Assembly (NCBI RefSeq): GCF_009914755.1
Contig: NC_060933.1
DNA from: the human T2T-CHM13v2.0 reference genome, Homo sapiens
Direction: 5' to 3' (one strand)
Length of the DNA stretch: 64,000 nt
Made by a program: the position numbers and the translations under genes. Positions 36,935 through 53,768 of the stretch are shown here, one piece after another (positions within the stretch are counted from its first letter, which is position 1; each line of letters begins with the position of its first letter). Below the pieces are notes generated by a model that was given only the letters and a program-made list of their open reading frames with translations, was not told the DNA's origin and ran no database searches.

Positions 36935-38040
36935 GGGACACTGAGGAGATGTTAGCCAAAGTACACAAACTTTAGACATGAGGAATAAGTTCAAAAGATC
37001 TACTGTATGTCATGGTGACCACAGGTAATGATAACATATTATATACCTGAAAATTGCTAAGAGTAGATCTTATATGTTCTCACCCCATATATACACACAC
37101 ACTAATGAGTATATGAGGCAATACATGCTAATTAGCTTAATTTAATCACTTCACAATGTGTGTGTGTAGATATATATAAAAACACTCTACATAGAATTTT
37201 TACTTGTCAATTAGAAAAATAAAATACTTAATCCTTTAAAAAAAATGGGTAAGTATCATGTTTCAGGTTAAAAGAAAAGTTACCATCACCAAACATGAGA
37301 CACAGGGACATCATGCAACCCCAATAGGATGCCCTGAGAAGAACACAAATTCTTGCCAAAAATGAATAATCTTAATTTATTCATGAGGAAACATTAGGCA
37401 AACTCAAAAATAAAAGACATTCCACATAATTACAGACTGGCACTCTTCTAAATTGTCAAGATGATTAAATACAAATTTATACACTGATTAAATACAAGAG
37501 ACAAAGGAGACACACCAACTAAATGCAACGTGGAGGCCTCAACTGTCTTGAACCAGAAAAAGGACACTTGTGAGAAAAGTGACAGCATTTGAGTAAGGTC
37601 TACAGATTAGTTAGTAATAACATACCAGTATTAACTGTCTACTTTTGTTAACTGTGGTACAGTTCTATAACATGTTAATATTTGAGGAAGCTGGGTAAAG
37701 CGTACATAAGAGTGATTTATACTATCTTTGTAACTATTCTGTAAATCTGAAATTACTGCAACATGAAAAGTTAAATTAGTGTTATAGAAAACAAAAAACA
37801 TGAATGAGGTACTCTTTCAAATTTGAAAAAACTACAGATTTAACCAAATGAAAAATTAATCCTGAACTGGAAAAACAAAATACAAAAAGACGGCTACAGA
37901 CAACTGGAGAAATCCAATTATGAATCATATATTAAATAATATTACTAAATTCCTGTTAATATTCTTGGGTGTGATAATAGTGTTGATTATGTAAGAGACC
38001 ATTCTTGATTCTTAGAAAACGTATGCTGAAATATTGAAAG
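36935..38040 (+). mobile_element. Cluster of nested old L1 3' ends (L1MA/MB within L1MC/ME-type)
   Basis: aggaataagttc...gaaaattgctaagagtagat, aactaaatgcaacgtgg and tgtaaatctgaaatta motifs. Confidence 0.65.
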
Positions 38041-40276
38041 ACTCATCTATATTTTGAAATGTTTCTATGAGAAAGAAGGATTTGGGGAATGGAAGGAGAA
38101 AGAAAATGGAAGGAATAGATCTTTGTAAAGGGTATAAAAATGTGTGTTTTACTGCTATTCAAACTTCCTAGTTTGAATATGCCTCCCCCCAGAAGCTGGG
38201 GGGAATAAAAAAGGAATTCACAGAGCAGTGGAAATACAAAGCATCTCAATCCCAGTGGTGTACACCCAAGCAAAAAGCCTTAACAAATTACCTTAGTAAT
38301 AATAAGGTTTCCTGACACAGACCCCAAAACCTCCAGTAGAAGAGGTAAGAACAAAGAGCGGGAATTAGAAAATCTGCCACTATTTTCTCTGTAAATTTAA
38401 AGAGATACTGTCAAATAAAAGGATCTTAATCCTCTGAACTTGTATTTCATCCTTGCAAATGTATTAAAGGAAAGTACTGTTTTAGGAACTATTTCTAAAA
38501 GAGAATTTTATTTTATAATATTTGCATATTCTCCCAGTTGGGAGAGGATAGGAAATGTAAATGCTTTCTTAAAGGTGAGAACGTTGGAGACGAAACTAGG
38601 GCTATATATTGTACAAAAATCCCCAATAAAATTACGACAAGGTTCTGGGGTAACCATTTAAATTATTTTTAAATGGGCCAGTGCTTCAAATCAATAGTGT
38701 TTCACTTTGTGTTTAATATTGGTAATCAAAAACATATATACACATATATATATTACAAATAAAAGCATTGGTTCAAGTATTTGATAGTCAAATTACATCC
38801 CATCTTTTAATTACATCTGATATAACTACTACTTAAGGAGGTTCGATTTTGTTTTAATGTTTCCACATTCCTTCACGTCTTTCTTTTTATTGCACTATAT
38901 ACTTTTAATAGTCATTTGATACTAAACAATATTCTTTCTAATAAAAACTAAAATTGAGCCTTCTAAATTAAAAACTACATGATAGCAGTGGTCCATTAAT
39001 ATGTTCAATAGAAATATTACCATCTCTTCAAAGTCATTATTTTATAATAGCATTTTTTTAATTTACAAAACATACCTTAAAAATCAACATATTGCTACGC
39101 AGGTCAAAGCTCAGGTAAAGAAAACAAAACAAAACAAAACACTATTTTTTGACAAATTGTTTTGCTGTGAACTGCTATCAGAAAAGGCCAGAAGTGATGA
39201 TATGACAATCAATAGCATCACATTAATTCTCTTGTCTTTATCAAATGTACAGTAAATTCAAATAAGGAGATACAATTTCATTTGGATTAACTTACAAATG
39301 CTGGCCAGTATGAAATCATGGACCTGTAATAACTTAGCAGAAGATTATTTGCCAGATTTTAAACATCTGTTTTCTAGAGTGGCTACAATTCATGTATTTT
39401 ACCCAAAGATATTTACTTTCTACATAATATTAAGAAGAAAAATTAAGCATCTATTTTTTCCACAATATTTTCCCCATATTTGAATTCTCCCCACTTATTT
39501 TCTATTTTTTTGGCTGTCAGCACCTGCTCATCTGGAAAAGAGGAAGAGCTAAGGCAGCTACAGTGGAGCAAGGCTCACTGGCAATGGCCAAGCCTTCCCT
39601 GCAGAGTGCACCCCTGGCTGCTCATACAAGCTTCTATAATAGGAGGCAAGTGACGCATTTTCTTTTAACCAAAAGAGATCTACCAAGAAGGGAGAAAAAA
39701 ATTAAATACAGTCTACTGTGTCTATTATAGAAAGCTCTTTACAACATTTAACAGAAATGTTTATACCCAAAAGGAGGATATCTCAGAGATCACTTTAGGC
39801 ATGGCAAAATTCACCAATTTAAAAACACAATTTTTGAAAAAAGCAGTCTTTTCATATCATCTACAACAAAGGAAAGAGGAGAAAGGAGATGGCAAAAATA
39901 TCTATGGATAAAAAATCTTCTGTGGATGGAGCAGAAGAAGATTTTTCTACATAAAAATTTCAGAATAGCTCCTTTAGGTAATAAACACAAAAACGTATTT
40001 TTAAAATAAAATCTCTGCTGTTTCAAAAGAACAGGCATCACCTAGGGTACTTTAAGAACTGTAATATTAATTTAAAAGTAGACCAAAAATTCTGTGCATC
40101 TCTTATCTAAATGTGAATACTATTGAAATTTTTATTAATAACGAAAATGAATCTGATTTTCATTTACATTAAAAAATTCAAAGCTACATAACATTTTATG
40201 AGCTATGAACTTGAAAGCTTCATGGTATTAAAAGAGGAACTAAAATACATTCCTCAAACTCACTTAGGACAAAAGA

Positions 40277-40586
<310 letters not shown>

Positions 40587-41053
40587 ACAACCATCCTTTG
40601 TAAGTACATGGGAATATGTCAAAGCATTCTGACTTTTATGACAAATTTATTTAATAGAAACTAGAAAAATAATTCTATTTGTCAGAATATGTAGTCCAAA
40701 TTCAATCAAACCTACAAAAAGTAGGTTCTAATTAATGCAGCCACTATTGCAGAGGACTCTAAAGAACTTAAGTATATTGGGAAAAAATTCTAGTTTCTAG
40801 ACCTCATATGGTATGGCACAGTGAGTTCACAAGACAAGACAGAAGAGGTTGTTATAGCATAATCTATCTTTTCTCATCTAATCAAACCAAACACTGCTCT
40901 CTATCTTCTGGTAGTTGTAACACAAAACTTTTCATAATCAAGTCACAGTAAATATCCAAATTACCAAGTTCATCTTGCTCCCTCCCCAAATTTCTGCCAC
41001 CTACTAACCCCCATCTGTCCCCAAAAATCATGTAAACATCACCAAAAAGTCGC

Positions 41054-41494
41054 TGTATTCATTGCTATAACAAATTGCCATAAACCTGGTACCTCTGAAC
41101 AACTGAAATTTATTCTCTCTCAGTTTTGGAGGCCAGAAATCCAAAATCAAGGTGTTTGTAGTGTGGTTCCTTCGAGAGGCTCTGTGAGAAAATCTGTTCC
41201 ATGCCTCTCACCCATGGCTTCCCGTGGCTGCCGACAACCCTTGGCATTCCTTGGCATGTAGATGTATTACTGCACTCTGTTTCTGTCTTCGCATCACCTT
41301 CTCTTCTTCTGTGCCTTCCTCTTTCTTATAAGGACCCCTTGTCTTTGGATTTAAGCCTCTCTCAGATAATTCAGGATGATCTCATCTTGAGATCCTTAAT
41401 TACACGTGCAAGATGCTTTTCCTTCCAGGCTGACATCTCTTGGTGTCTGTTGGGGGGGTGGGGGTGGAGGCGGCATGCCATCCAACCCACTACA
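41054..41494 (-). mobile_element. MLT1-family (ERVL-MaLR) solo LTR
   Basis: tgtatt...aacaaattgccataaac...aaatttattctctctcagttttggaggccagaa...caacccactaca. Confidence 0.82.
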
Positions 41495-42009
41495 GCCACT
41501 ATCTTTCTATCTTCTAGGATTAATCACATCCTCATTACCAACAAATGCTTACTTCTCAAAAGAATTTCAGAAATATGTCACATCACCCTTTTGCTAAATT
41601 TTGCTTTATTTCACATATTAGTTATCTGGGAATTCTTTTTAAATTGATCCACTGTCTTATAAATCCTTCTGGTGTTTTTTATTAGTCACAGTGAAAAAGG
41701 CAGGCATAATAGAGTAAGTATATATTAAATGTTTTGGCCTACAAGAATAACATTTTCATCAATTACCAAAGTAGAAAACATGGGGAGTCTTACACATTCA
41801 TCTGGGCAGTCTTCAATTTCACTGTAACCTATGTTTTAAATTTCTACCTATCAGAATAAATACTCTTTTAATGATAAGGTTAACCACACAATTTTAACCA
41901 ATTCATATGCAAGTATGTCTTCCATGTTCAACACTGAGTTTAATATTTACATTGTTACTGTTGTTTCATTCATACTCTAAGCATCATTTAGCATACATAA
42001 AAGGTACCA

Positions 42010-42087
42010 TGAGCCAAGATTGTGCCATTGCACTCCAGTCTGGCGACAGAGTGAGACTCCGTGTCAAAAAAAAAAAAAAAAAAAAAA
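42010..42087 (+). mobile_element. Severely 5'-truncated Alu (last ~55 nt plus poly-A)
   Basis: tgagccaagattgtgccattgcactccag...A22, with imperfect flanks aaaaggtacca / aaaagttcca. Confidence 0.88.
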
Positions 42088-42414
42088 GTTCCAAGGAAGG
42101 TTACTATAACATGCATATCCTTAAATGAAGTCTACTTTTTGAAAGAATGACTTCACAAAATGGGAATGCCTCCAAATTCTCTGAATCAAAAGACCAAAAA
42201 TTTCAGATTTATTGGGTGATGCAAGATTTCATTATCAATTTTGGAAAGATGTTTTCTTAAACGGCTCTTTCAAGAACAGAAGCTCATCTATTTTTTTCAT
42301 AGGAATAGAAGAAACAACACCTCTTCAGCTCTAAGTTCAGGCTACCCACTAACCGCAACTTTTGTCCCACTGCAGAGAAACACAAGAAAGGTGGTACAAA
42401 GCCTGGGAACCCTC

Positions 42415-42719
42415 TTTTTTTTTTTTTTTTTTTTGAGACGGAGTCTCGCTCTGTCACCCAGGCTGCTGGAGTGCGGTGGTGTGATCTCGGCTCACTGCAA
42501 TTTCCACCATCTGGGTTCAAGCAATTCTCCTGCCTCAGCCTCCCAGGTAGCTGTGATTACAAGCACGCACCACCATGACTGGCTAATTCTTCTATTTTTA
42601 GTAGAGACGGGGTTTCACCAGGTTGGCCAGGCTGGTCTCAAACTCCTGACCTCAAGTGATCCACCCGCCTCGGCCTCCCAAAGTGCTAGGATTACAGGCA
42701 TAAGACACCGCACCCAGGC
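42415..42719 (-). mobile_element. AluS
   Basis: Full reverse Alu. Confidence 0.94.
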
Positions 42720-44408
42720 ACCTCTCTTCTTCTTCCACTTGGGGTTTCACTGTCTGCATGAAGCTGTTGGTGAGGACACACACATTTAAATGCACGCATA
42801 AAAGCTTTAAAATATTTGTGTAATCCTTTAGGAAAATAGATCCAAACAGTGACAAAAATGTAATTAGCACAGTAACTTAAAACTTAAGAACTACCATCTT
42901 CACTGTCTACGTAAGCTAAAAATAGGGCATACAGGCATACCTCATTTTGTCGTGCTTCCCTTTATTGTACTTCACAGATACTACATTTTTACAAATTAAT
43001 GGTAACCCTGCATCAAGCAAGTCTATTGGCACCATTTTTCCAACAGTATGTGCTTACTTCATGTCTCTGTGCCATATTTTGGTAATTTTCACAATATTTC
43101 AAACCTTTTCATTATTGTATCTCTTATGGTAACCTGTGATCATTAATCTTTGTTGTTACTACTGTAATTATTTTGGGGCACCATGAACCACGCCCACATA
43201 GGATGGCAAACTTAACCAATAAATGCATGTATTCTGACGGCTCAACCAACGGGCTGTTCCCCCATCTCTCTCCCTTTCCTTGGGTCTCTCTATTCCCTGA
43301 GACAAAACAGTATTGAAATTAGGCCAATGAATAACCTTCCAGTGACTTCTGCAGTGTTCAAGTAGAGCAAAGATCCACACGTCTCTCACTGGAAATCAAA
43401 AACTAGAAATGATTAAGCTTAGTGAGGAAGGCATGTCAAAAGCTGAGATCAGCCAAAAGCTAGGCCTCTTGCACCACTTAGGCTTAGTTGCCAATGCAAA
43501 GCAACGTTTCTTGAAGGTAATTAGAAGTGCTACTCCAGTGAACACAGGAATAAGAAGAAAGCAGAATAGCCTTATTGCTGATATGCAGAAAGTTTTAGTG
43601 GTCCGTAAAGAAGATCAAACTAGCCACAACATTCCCCTAAGCCAAAGCCTAATCCAGAGCAAAGCCCTAACTCTCTTTAACTATAACTCTTAACTCTCTT
43701 TAATTCTAGAGTTAAGTCTGAGACAAGTGAAGAAGCTGCAGAAGAAAAGTTGGAAGCTAGCAGAGGCTACTTCATGGTTAAGGAAAGAAGCCATCTACCG
43801 TAACACAGAAGTACAAGGTGAAGCAGCACGTGCTGATGTAGAAGCTGCAGCAAATTATCCAGAAGATCTAGCTAAGATCACTGATGAAGGTGCCTACACT
43901 GAATAACACATCTTCAGTGTAGACAAAACAGCCTACTATTAGAAGAAGATGTTATCCAGGACTTTCATAGCTACAGAAGAGAAGTCAATGCCTGGCTTCA
44001 AAGCTTCAAAGGACAGACTGACTCCCTTGTTAGGGACTAATGCAGCTGGTGGCTTTTAGTTAAAGCCACTGCTCACTTATCATTCCCAAACTTCTAGAGC
44101 CCTTAAGAACTATGCTAAGTTAACTCTGCTTATGCTTTATAAATGGAACAAATAAAACCTGGATGACAGTGCATCTGGTTTCCAGCATAGTTTACTGAAT
44201 ACTAAAGCCCACTGCTGAGACCTACTGCTCAAAAAAAAGAGTTCTTTCAAAATATTACTGTTCAGTGACAATGTCCTGGTTACCCAAGAGCTCTGACAGA
44301 GACAGACAAGGAGATGAATGTTGTTTTCATGCCTGATAACATAACAGCCATTCCACAGCCCATGGATCAGTCTACTTTCAAGTCTTATTATTTAAGACAC
44401 ACATTTCA

Positions 44409-44717
<309 letters not shown>

Positions 44718-45057
44718 TCATAAGGCTATAGCTGCCATAGACAGTGATTCCTCTTATGGATCTGGGCAAATTAAATTGAAAACCTTCTGGAAAGGATCTG
44801 CCATTCTAGATCCCTTTAAGAACATTCATGATTCATGGGAAGAGGCCAGAATATCAATATTAACAGGAGTTTGGAAGATGATGATTCCAATCTTCATGGA
44901 TGACTTGGAGGGATTCAAGACTTCAGTGGAGGAAGTCACTACAGATGTGGTGGAAAGAGCAAGAGAAATAGAATTAGAAGAGTAACCTGAAGACGTGACT
45001 GAATTTCTGAAGTCTCATTATAAAACTGGAATGGATGGGGAGTTGCTTCTTGTGGAT

Positions 45058-45433
45058 TGATCTGGTTTGGCTGTGTCCCCACCCAAATCTCATCCTGAAT
45101 TGTAGCTCCCATAATTCCCACATGTTGTGGGAGGGATATGGTGAGAGATCACTGAACCATGGAGGCGGGTTTCCCCCATACTATTCTCGTCGTGGTGAAT
45201 AAGTCTCAGGAAATCTCATGCTTTTTTTAATAAGGGGTTTCCCTTTTCCCTTGGCTTTCATTCTCTCTGGACTGCCTCTACGTAAGACATGCCTTTGCTC
45301 TTCCTTTGCCTTCTGTCATGACTGTGAGGACTCCCCAGCCATGTAGAACTGTGAGTCCATTAAACCTCTTTCCTTTATAAATTACCCAGTCTCGCATATG
45401 TCTTTATTAGCTGCATGAGAACAGACTAATACA
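45058..45433 (+). mobile_element. THE1 (ERVL-MaLR) solo LTR nested in Tigger1
   Basis: tgatctggtttggctgtgtccccacccaaatctc...gaacagactaataca, with 5-bp TSD tggat/tggac. Confidence 0.93.
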
Positions 45434-46161
45434 TGGACAAATAAAGAAAACAGTTTCTTGAGATGGAATCTACTCCTGATAAAGATGCTGTGAACACTGC
45501 AGAAATGACAACAAAGGATTTAGAGTATTACATAAACTTAGTTGATAAAGCAGTGGCAGGGTTTGAGGATTGATTCCAATTTTGAAAGAATTATGAGTAA
45601 AATGCTATCAAACAGCAGCGCATGCTACAGAGAAATCTCTTGTGAAAGGAAGAGTCAACTGATGTGGCAAACTGCACTGCTGTCCTTGGAAATTGGCACA
45701 GCACCTCCACACTCCAGCAACCGCCACTCTAATCAGTCAGCAGCCTCAACATCAAGGCAAAACCCTCTACCAGCAAAAAGATTATGATTCTTTGAAGGCT
45801 CAGGTGACCATTAGAAAATTTAGCAATAAAGTATTTTTAAATTAAGATATGTACATTGTGTTTTTAGACATAATGGTACTGCATGCTTAACAGACTGCAG
45901 ATAGTGTAAACATAACTTTTATATGCACTGGGAAACCAAAAAATTTGTGTGGCTTGCTCTATCGCAGTATTTGTTTCATTGCGGTGGGGAAAATCTGTTA
46001 GGTATGCCTGTAACTTGAATGGGGACTTTGCTAGGGATGCAAACAATATGCCATTGTCTCTTTACGCAAAATGTTGCCTTTCCAATTAACATGATTTTGC
46101 CTTATGCCCTGTTTCTAGGACCAAATCAAGGATTTGAGGAATGGGCGTGAACTACTCATAC

Positions 46162-46218
46162 CTCCACCAGGAATAATCGCCAATTTTGTTTCAACCAGGC
46201 CCATTTTTGCAGAGGAAG
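46162..46218 (-). CDS. AUH: AUH internal coding exon (57 nt, likely exon 6): (A)SSAKMGLVETKLAIIPGG(G)
   Basis: Reverse complement reads ttttctttctttcgttttag|CTTCCTCTGCAAAAATGGGCCTGGTTGAAACAAAATTGGCGATTATTCCTGGTGGAG|gtatga. Continues the previous exon in frame and matches the crotonase motif GLxExxLxIIPGxG. Confidence 0.97.
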
Positions 46219-47007
46219 CTAAAACGAAAGAAAGAAAATTAAGTATCATCCATATCATCACATTCAAATATGACAACTTGAAAAAGTTATGAGATATACT
46301 AAAATATTGTTTACTAATTAAATTGATATCACAAATTCTTAAAAAAAATCACTTAAAAGGCATTGTTATGGAAATAAGTAAGCACTCTAAATGACATGTA
46401 TTAGGAGAGTCCCACAACATTTTCTGTTAAAAACTGCTTGGCAGTGAATTAATTTTTGATTCACAAGACCAGGACTGTAACTCCATTATTAGACCCAATA
46501 TTGCCAAGACATATTTGGAGGCATAGATCTATTAATTATTCAGGATCAGCAGACTTGTCAGTATCTGACAAGCCCAAATTCTTCAGTTGCCTGAATATAG
46601 TCCCCCAGACCAAAGAGCTTAATAGGTCATATCAGATATGGCAACTTTTCAAGACCAAGTCTTTAGTTACCTTCTGACAAATAGTTTTACTATTCTGACA
46701 GGTGGACAGGGTTCCTCTTTTCATGTCTGTTTTCATGGCTACTTTAAAACATCTTAATAACTTCTTTATTTGCATATCCAAATATACTTAGACTACTTCC
46801 CATATTCTAATTTCCAAAACCTGTATTCTTTCAGAAATGGATTACATGTACCTTAGCTTTTCAATTTAAAATCCAATGATTTCATTACAAGAAAATAGGT
46901 TCCTAAAATGAAGTGAAAAGGAGGAAAAAGGACACATGGACTAGCAACCAGAAATCCCAAGAAACTGAATCATGTTGACGCTACATTGTTCTAAAAATTT
47001 AAAAAAT

Positions 47008-47086
47008 CTTTTATAAAGATGAGGTCTCCTTATGCTGCCCAGGCTAGTCTTGAACTCCTGGCCTCAATCAATCCTTCTGCCTTGGC
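47008..47086 (-). mobile_element. Alu left-arm fragment
   Basis: gatgaggtctccttatgctgcccaggctagtcttgaactcctggcctcaa. Confidence 0.8.
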
Positions 47087-47692
47087 AGCTCTGCTTTTAA
47101 CATGCAGCCACATCAGAAACGATAATGGAAAGCAAGAGAAGAACAGTGACAACTCTGTGCCGTCTGCTGTGCCCAGTTCTCAGTCTCAGAGCCCGAGGAC
47201 ACAGGCAGAGCTGAGTCTCTATGGATATAGTGTCCACAACGATGAATATGGGAGATCAGTCTACGTTGCTCTCATGAGGTAACAGGTGTGTGGGCTGTGG
47301 CCAAACAGTCTGGGTTCAAATCTCAGTTCAGTCACTTCTTTGGGGCTTCTCTCCCTTCTCCAGTTTCCTCCAGTGCCCCAAAGTACCTGCTCTGAGGGTT
47401 GTTATGCAGATGGAGTGAGTGAATACATGTCAAGTGCTAGAATAACACTGGGTGCCTGGACTGCACACAGTAAGCAGTGGGCACTAATTCTTTTCACTCT
47501 TTTTCTATTCACCTCATAAGATCCTCAGAAAACCATTCAGGAAGAAAGTGGACTTCAAGGAGATTCAGTTATCATTACTGTAGCAAATGGTGATTTAGTA
47601 CTTAGATTAACATCCACAGATTAATTGCTTAATCTTCACAACAGCAACAGTCATTTCCCCCATTTCCTCTAAAGAGGAAGATATTGGCCTAA

Positions 47693-48004
<312 letters not shown>

Positions 48005-48116
48005 TGACTTTTTGAAAATATTCTACTCAACAACAGGAAGCAGAATAAAATATTTAAAATTACCTGAAGAGTAAACACAACCTTCACTTTTTTAAATTAT
48101 GTTTTTAACAGGATTA

Positions 48117-48236
<120 letters not shown>

Positions 48237-49065
48237 TTATGCTTCCTTAATAAGATTATTATCTCACTGTGTAATTCATTTTTAATTTTTTTCTGTGAAT
48301 TTATGCTTTAAATGGGAGATCATATACAGACTTTTGTATCCCTTTTACCTTTAACAAAATATAAGCATTTCCATCATTATTCTTCAAAAACATTATATAA
48401 TTACTGTATAGTGTTCCATCACATGTATGTGCAATATCTTTAAATCTTCCCATATTATTGAATTACTTTCATAAACATTTTTTGTTGAATTAACAGAATC
48501 ACAGTTCTACGATTTCTTAATCTTAGAGCCAGAAGTCTTTCACAAGATGTTTGGTTCATACAAAGTTCAAATTGAAATGACTTATACATAATTGTGAAAT
48601 TTATGATCCTTTATGGGCTACTTCAGTGCTTGGAATGACAGAGTCTCATTCAAAGAAAGACATCTGCTCAAACAAGAAAGAAACTGTCCAAGTAGTTGCT
48701 GTGGCATTGGCCCGTGAGCTGTCATTTAGTGAGGAGCCCTAACATTATGAATGGGAGCTGGAAAACAATCAGGCTCTTCCACTTCAGAGGCAAGATGCCC
48801 TGAGAACCTGCTCACAAGCATGCCTGGAAAGGGGTCAGCCAGTCACAGAACTAAAAGCTCAACTTGCTTGAATCCAGAAATTGAGTATTATTTTAATACA
48901 ACTTTTGTAAATTATGACATACAGATTTCATTTTCATAACCAGTTCAAAAAGTGACTGGTTTTATTAGTTATTCTGAAAAGCAGAACTCTATTAATTTTA
49001 TTTCTGACTATGGGAATGTGAAGCAAGGCTGGCCAATGTTAATATATAACAGAAAGTGGATTTTA

Positions 49066-49385
<320 letters not shown>

Positions 49386-50149
49386 TAAAAAGGTACTATC
49401 CCCCAAAATCTCTCTCTTCCATTCTGATATGTAAAATCCCCCAGAGGCTCACTCCTTGACTCCTTTTAAAATATACAAATTTGCTGAAGTACACTGAGTT
49501 TTATTCATAAATAAAGGAATTCATCACTTATTGAAGATCAAGTCTGAAAAGGCCAGGAAGGAGCACATATACACAGCTGCCGCCTGAAGCACTCCCAGAA
49601 GAGCAGGCGTGGAAGGGGCTTTTGCACAGGCAGTATTTCACTATCTGTACCTGTCTGAACATTTAGGGGTTGGGGGTGGGGAGGGACTTGAAAGGACAGG
49701 ACAAATTCAAAATGTGCTTTCCAGAACACTTAGTGAAAAAAATAACAGCTATGTCAGGGTTTGCAGTCTGGAAATGAGTTTAATGTGCAAACAATATCTA
49801 GTGAATTTTATCTGGAAAAAAGAAAAGAAAAATCAATAAAAATATAAAACAGCAAGTTAAACTGAGTCCTTCCCAAGGTCATCCTGAGCTACTACAAGTA
49901 GAATGTAATGACTTTGGTTACCGACTCTCAACTCCTCTTCCTTCCTAAAAACCTGTCTAGAGATCATTTATTTCTAGACCTCCTCAACCTACTATCTCTC
50001 CAACCTCAAGTCTCACCCGTCAGAAGCCTTCCTTAGGCCTTGCTAAGGCCCTCCAGCTCACCTCCTTTACAGACCAGCTTCTAAGAGGAGTAGAGTAAAC
50101 CCATGCCACCATACCCATTCACCTCCAAACAAGCAAGACCATTCTTGTT

Positions 50150-51060
50150 CCAGTTACCAATGACATTATAAGATTGTCCTATAGCCAGTGGACAATATTC
50201 AGTACCTATTAAATGTACTGCCTCAAAAGATCAGAGACATCCATCCTGGACACTCCCTCCTTGTATTCCTCCCTTCACTGCCTGCTGGGTCCCTCATTTT
50301 TCCTGCCTTTCCATCTACCTCTGGTAATTTCTCAGCCTTCTTCCCCTCTCAATAAAAGCTCTTCCCAGGAGATCTCATTCTCATCCACAACTTTTACCAC
50401 CTATACTACCACCAATGATTTCCAGATCTCTACCTCAAACCCAAACAGCCCCCTGCCTGTTGGACATACCCACTTAAATACTTCATGTGTCCAAACCATT
50501 TCTTCTCAATCCTTCTTCTAGGCTGTATTTCAGTTAGTAGCACCTCCATTCATCAAGTTACTCAAGACACTCAGAAGTCATCCCAGATGTCCTCCTTGCC
50601 AATGCCCTTTTCTACCACCCAAGTTCTGGGTCCCATCATTTCTCACCAGCAGGAAGTACCTAATTAATCTCCTTCACCTGCAATCTGCCACCCTTCTATG
50701 CATCTTCTACCTTTCCTGTAGGGTAATCTTTCTAAAATGTAAACACAGTCATGCTATTCCCCTATTTAAAACTGTTCAATGATTTATTCTACCTTCAGGA
50801 TAGAAATGGTGTAAACATTTAGCATGGCACAGGAAGGCACCTGGAACTAAGTTCTGCACACCTGCCTAATCTCTTCCAAAACCTCAGATATTCTGTTCCA
50901 GCCCCAAACTACTTAAAACAGCTCCAAAAGTCTCCATTCAAGACTCAATATCTGTATACAAGGTGCAGCTCTGCCTAGAATGCCTAGCTAGCCCCTACTT
51001 GTCTGTCGAGGCTCAAATGTCCCTTCCTCTATGCTTACATGGCACTCTGTGCATAACCTT
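50150..51060 (+). mobile_element. L2 relic
   Basis: Pyrimidine-rich L2-like text (ttccagatctctacctc, aatctttctaaaatgtaaa, ctcaaatgtcccttcctct). Confidence 0.55.
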
Positions 51061-51400
51061 TTCTATCAGAACATTCATTACCATACAGCCCATATGAAAC
51101 AAAAATTAACATCACATCAATGCTACTCAATAACGTTCTTACTAATCTGGGACAAACCTCACGGTTTTTCACTGCCTCTTCCTCCTTTATTATATTAATC
51201 CTGGTATTTTGCCTACTTTTCTTTTTTTTATTAACTTCTTTTGTTTAATAAAGAAATAAACATATGCAGTCCTATGGAGCTAAAGAAAAGAAAAATTGCC
51301 AAGAGTTCTAAGATGGAGAGAGCAGAAGCAGAGAAAGAGTGGGTGCTCCCTCCCTGCTACGTAAGTGCTGAAGTCACTCAGCAAGTAGCTGCTGGAGGCC

Positions 51401-51497
51401 GTGATATTATGAAATACATATTTGGTCTTCATCCCTGTTTCCAGACACACAGCTCTTAAAACCCTTGGAATCTCTGGAGTGATAAATGCATCTTTCT
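51401..51497 (+). mobile_element. Short LTR 5'-end fragment (MER21-like)
   Basis: gtgatattatgaaatacatatttggtctt...aaaacccttggaatctctggagtgataa, then an abrupt end. Confidence 0.55.
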
Positions 51498-51563
51498 TAT
51501 TTCTCCAATAAGTTTATACTTTTTGGAATTAATAAAAACTATTTTTAAGTCTAATAGGAATTT

Positions 51564-51690
51564 GAGCCAGGTACAGTGACTCATGCCTGTAATCCCAGCA
51601 TTCTGGGAGGCCAAGGACGAACGATTGCCTGTGCCCAGGAATTCAAGACCAGCCTGGGAAACATGGTGAGACCTCGTCTTGATTTTTTAA
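51564..51690 (+). mobile_element. Alu monomer (FLAM-like)
   Basis: Left-arm sequence only. Confidence 0.82.
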
Positions 51691-51919
51691 GAAAGAATTT
51701 GAGAAATTATGTTTCTAAAGAGGATGAAAATTGTGTGCCCTTGAGAAGCTTAACAATTCCAGGGCTTGTTTCCTTTTGTGCAGGCCCACACCAGGGTCAC
51801 TGCAAAAAGAGCCAGCCTAGGTGCCAAGAGACATACCAGAGGTGAGGACCAGGGCCTGCAGATGGAAGACAGGAGCTCCAAGAGCAAGTCTCAGGCACCA
51901 TATGCCTTACAATTTGTAA

Positions 51920-52112
51920 GAAATACGTAACACAAAATGATGAGAAATTTGGGTTCCACATACAAAAAGAACAAGAAAAATGGGATACTAATTCTCATAT
52001 TATTAAATAGGTTAAGCACTGGAACTTTAAATTATTAATTAACATAAATTAGCCTTGTAGAAAGCTGTCTATAAAATGTTTCTAACTAAAGAATTAAGTA
52101 AAACAGCTTAAT
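51920..52112 (+). repeat. Local duplication block B (copy 1; copy 2 at 54722-54914)
   Basis: About 193 bp, roughly 90% identical by eye, e.g. gaaatttgggttccacatacaaaaagaacaagaaaaatgggatactaat. Confidence 0.95.
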
Positions 52113-52325
52113 TCGTATTCAATGGGTAATTAAATATTAGTCATTTTACAATATTATAAATTCTAAGGCTATACATCATCCTAATTATTCCCTAAAAGAT
52201 GTCTGTCGTAGTAAATTTTATCCAGGAAAGTATGCATCATCTCAAAGCACATGCCAGTCTGATATATGTGGTTTCTTTACATCTAGTATTTCTTCTACTT
52301 GGGAGCACTTAATAATCAAAGAGGG

Positions 52326-52930
<605 letters not shown>

Positions 52931-53443
52931 TTAATAATCATAGCAGGAACTCAATAAAATACACCTTTAGAAAGGTAGATTATGAATTTCAAAGATCTAA
53001 AGGAATAGCAAAATGACAGTTGTATATAAGCACAAATAAATGAAACAGGAACTGCGAATCCAACGAGCAATGGCTATTCCCAACAGCAAGAGGAAGAAAT
53101 TATGACTCAGTATGTTATGCAACCAATAGGATCAGATACTATTTTCAGTTTCGTACCAGGAAATGAGCCAGGTATGACAAAGAAGATAATAATCCTTTGA
53201 AATGCTCCTAAAAATATAATTAAAGCAAACAATTAAACAGTTTGCTATTTTAAGAGGGAAAAAAGCAACTGTAAGGCAGGCCCCTGGTTCACTTCAGTAG
53301 TCTGTAGGACCTGCAGCCTACGATAATTAGACTCAAGGGACTATGAAAGTGGGGAAAATTAAAGTATCTACTTTCGATTCTCAGATAAATACAACACATA
53401 ATGTAGGTTATTTGATGCTTCTAGAAAAATATGAACAATTTGA

Positions 53444-53768
<325 letters not shown>

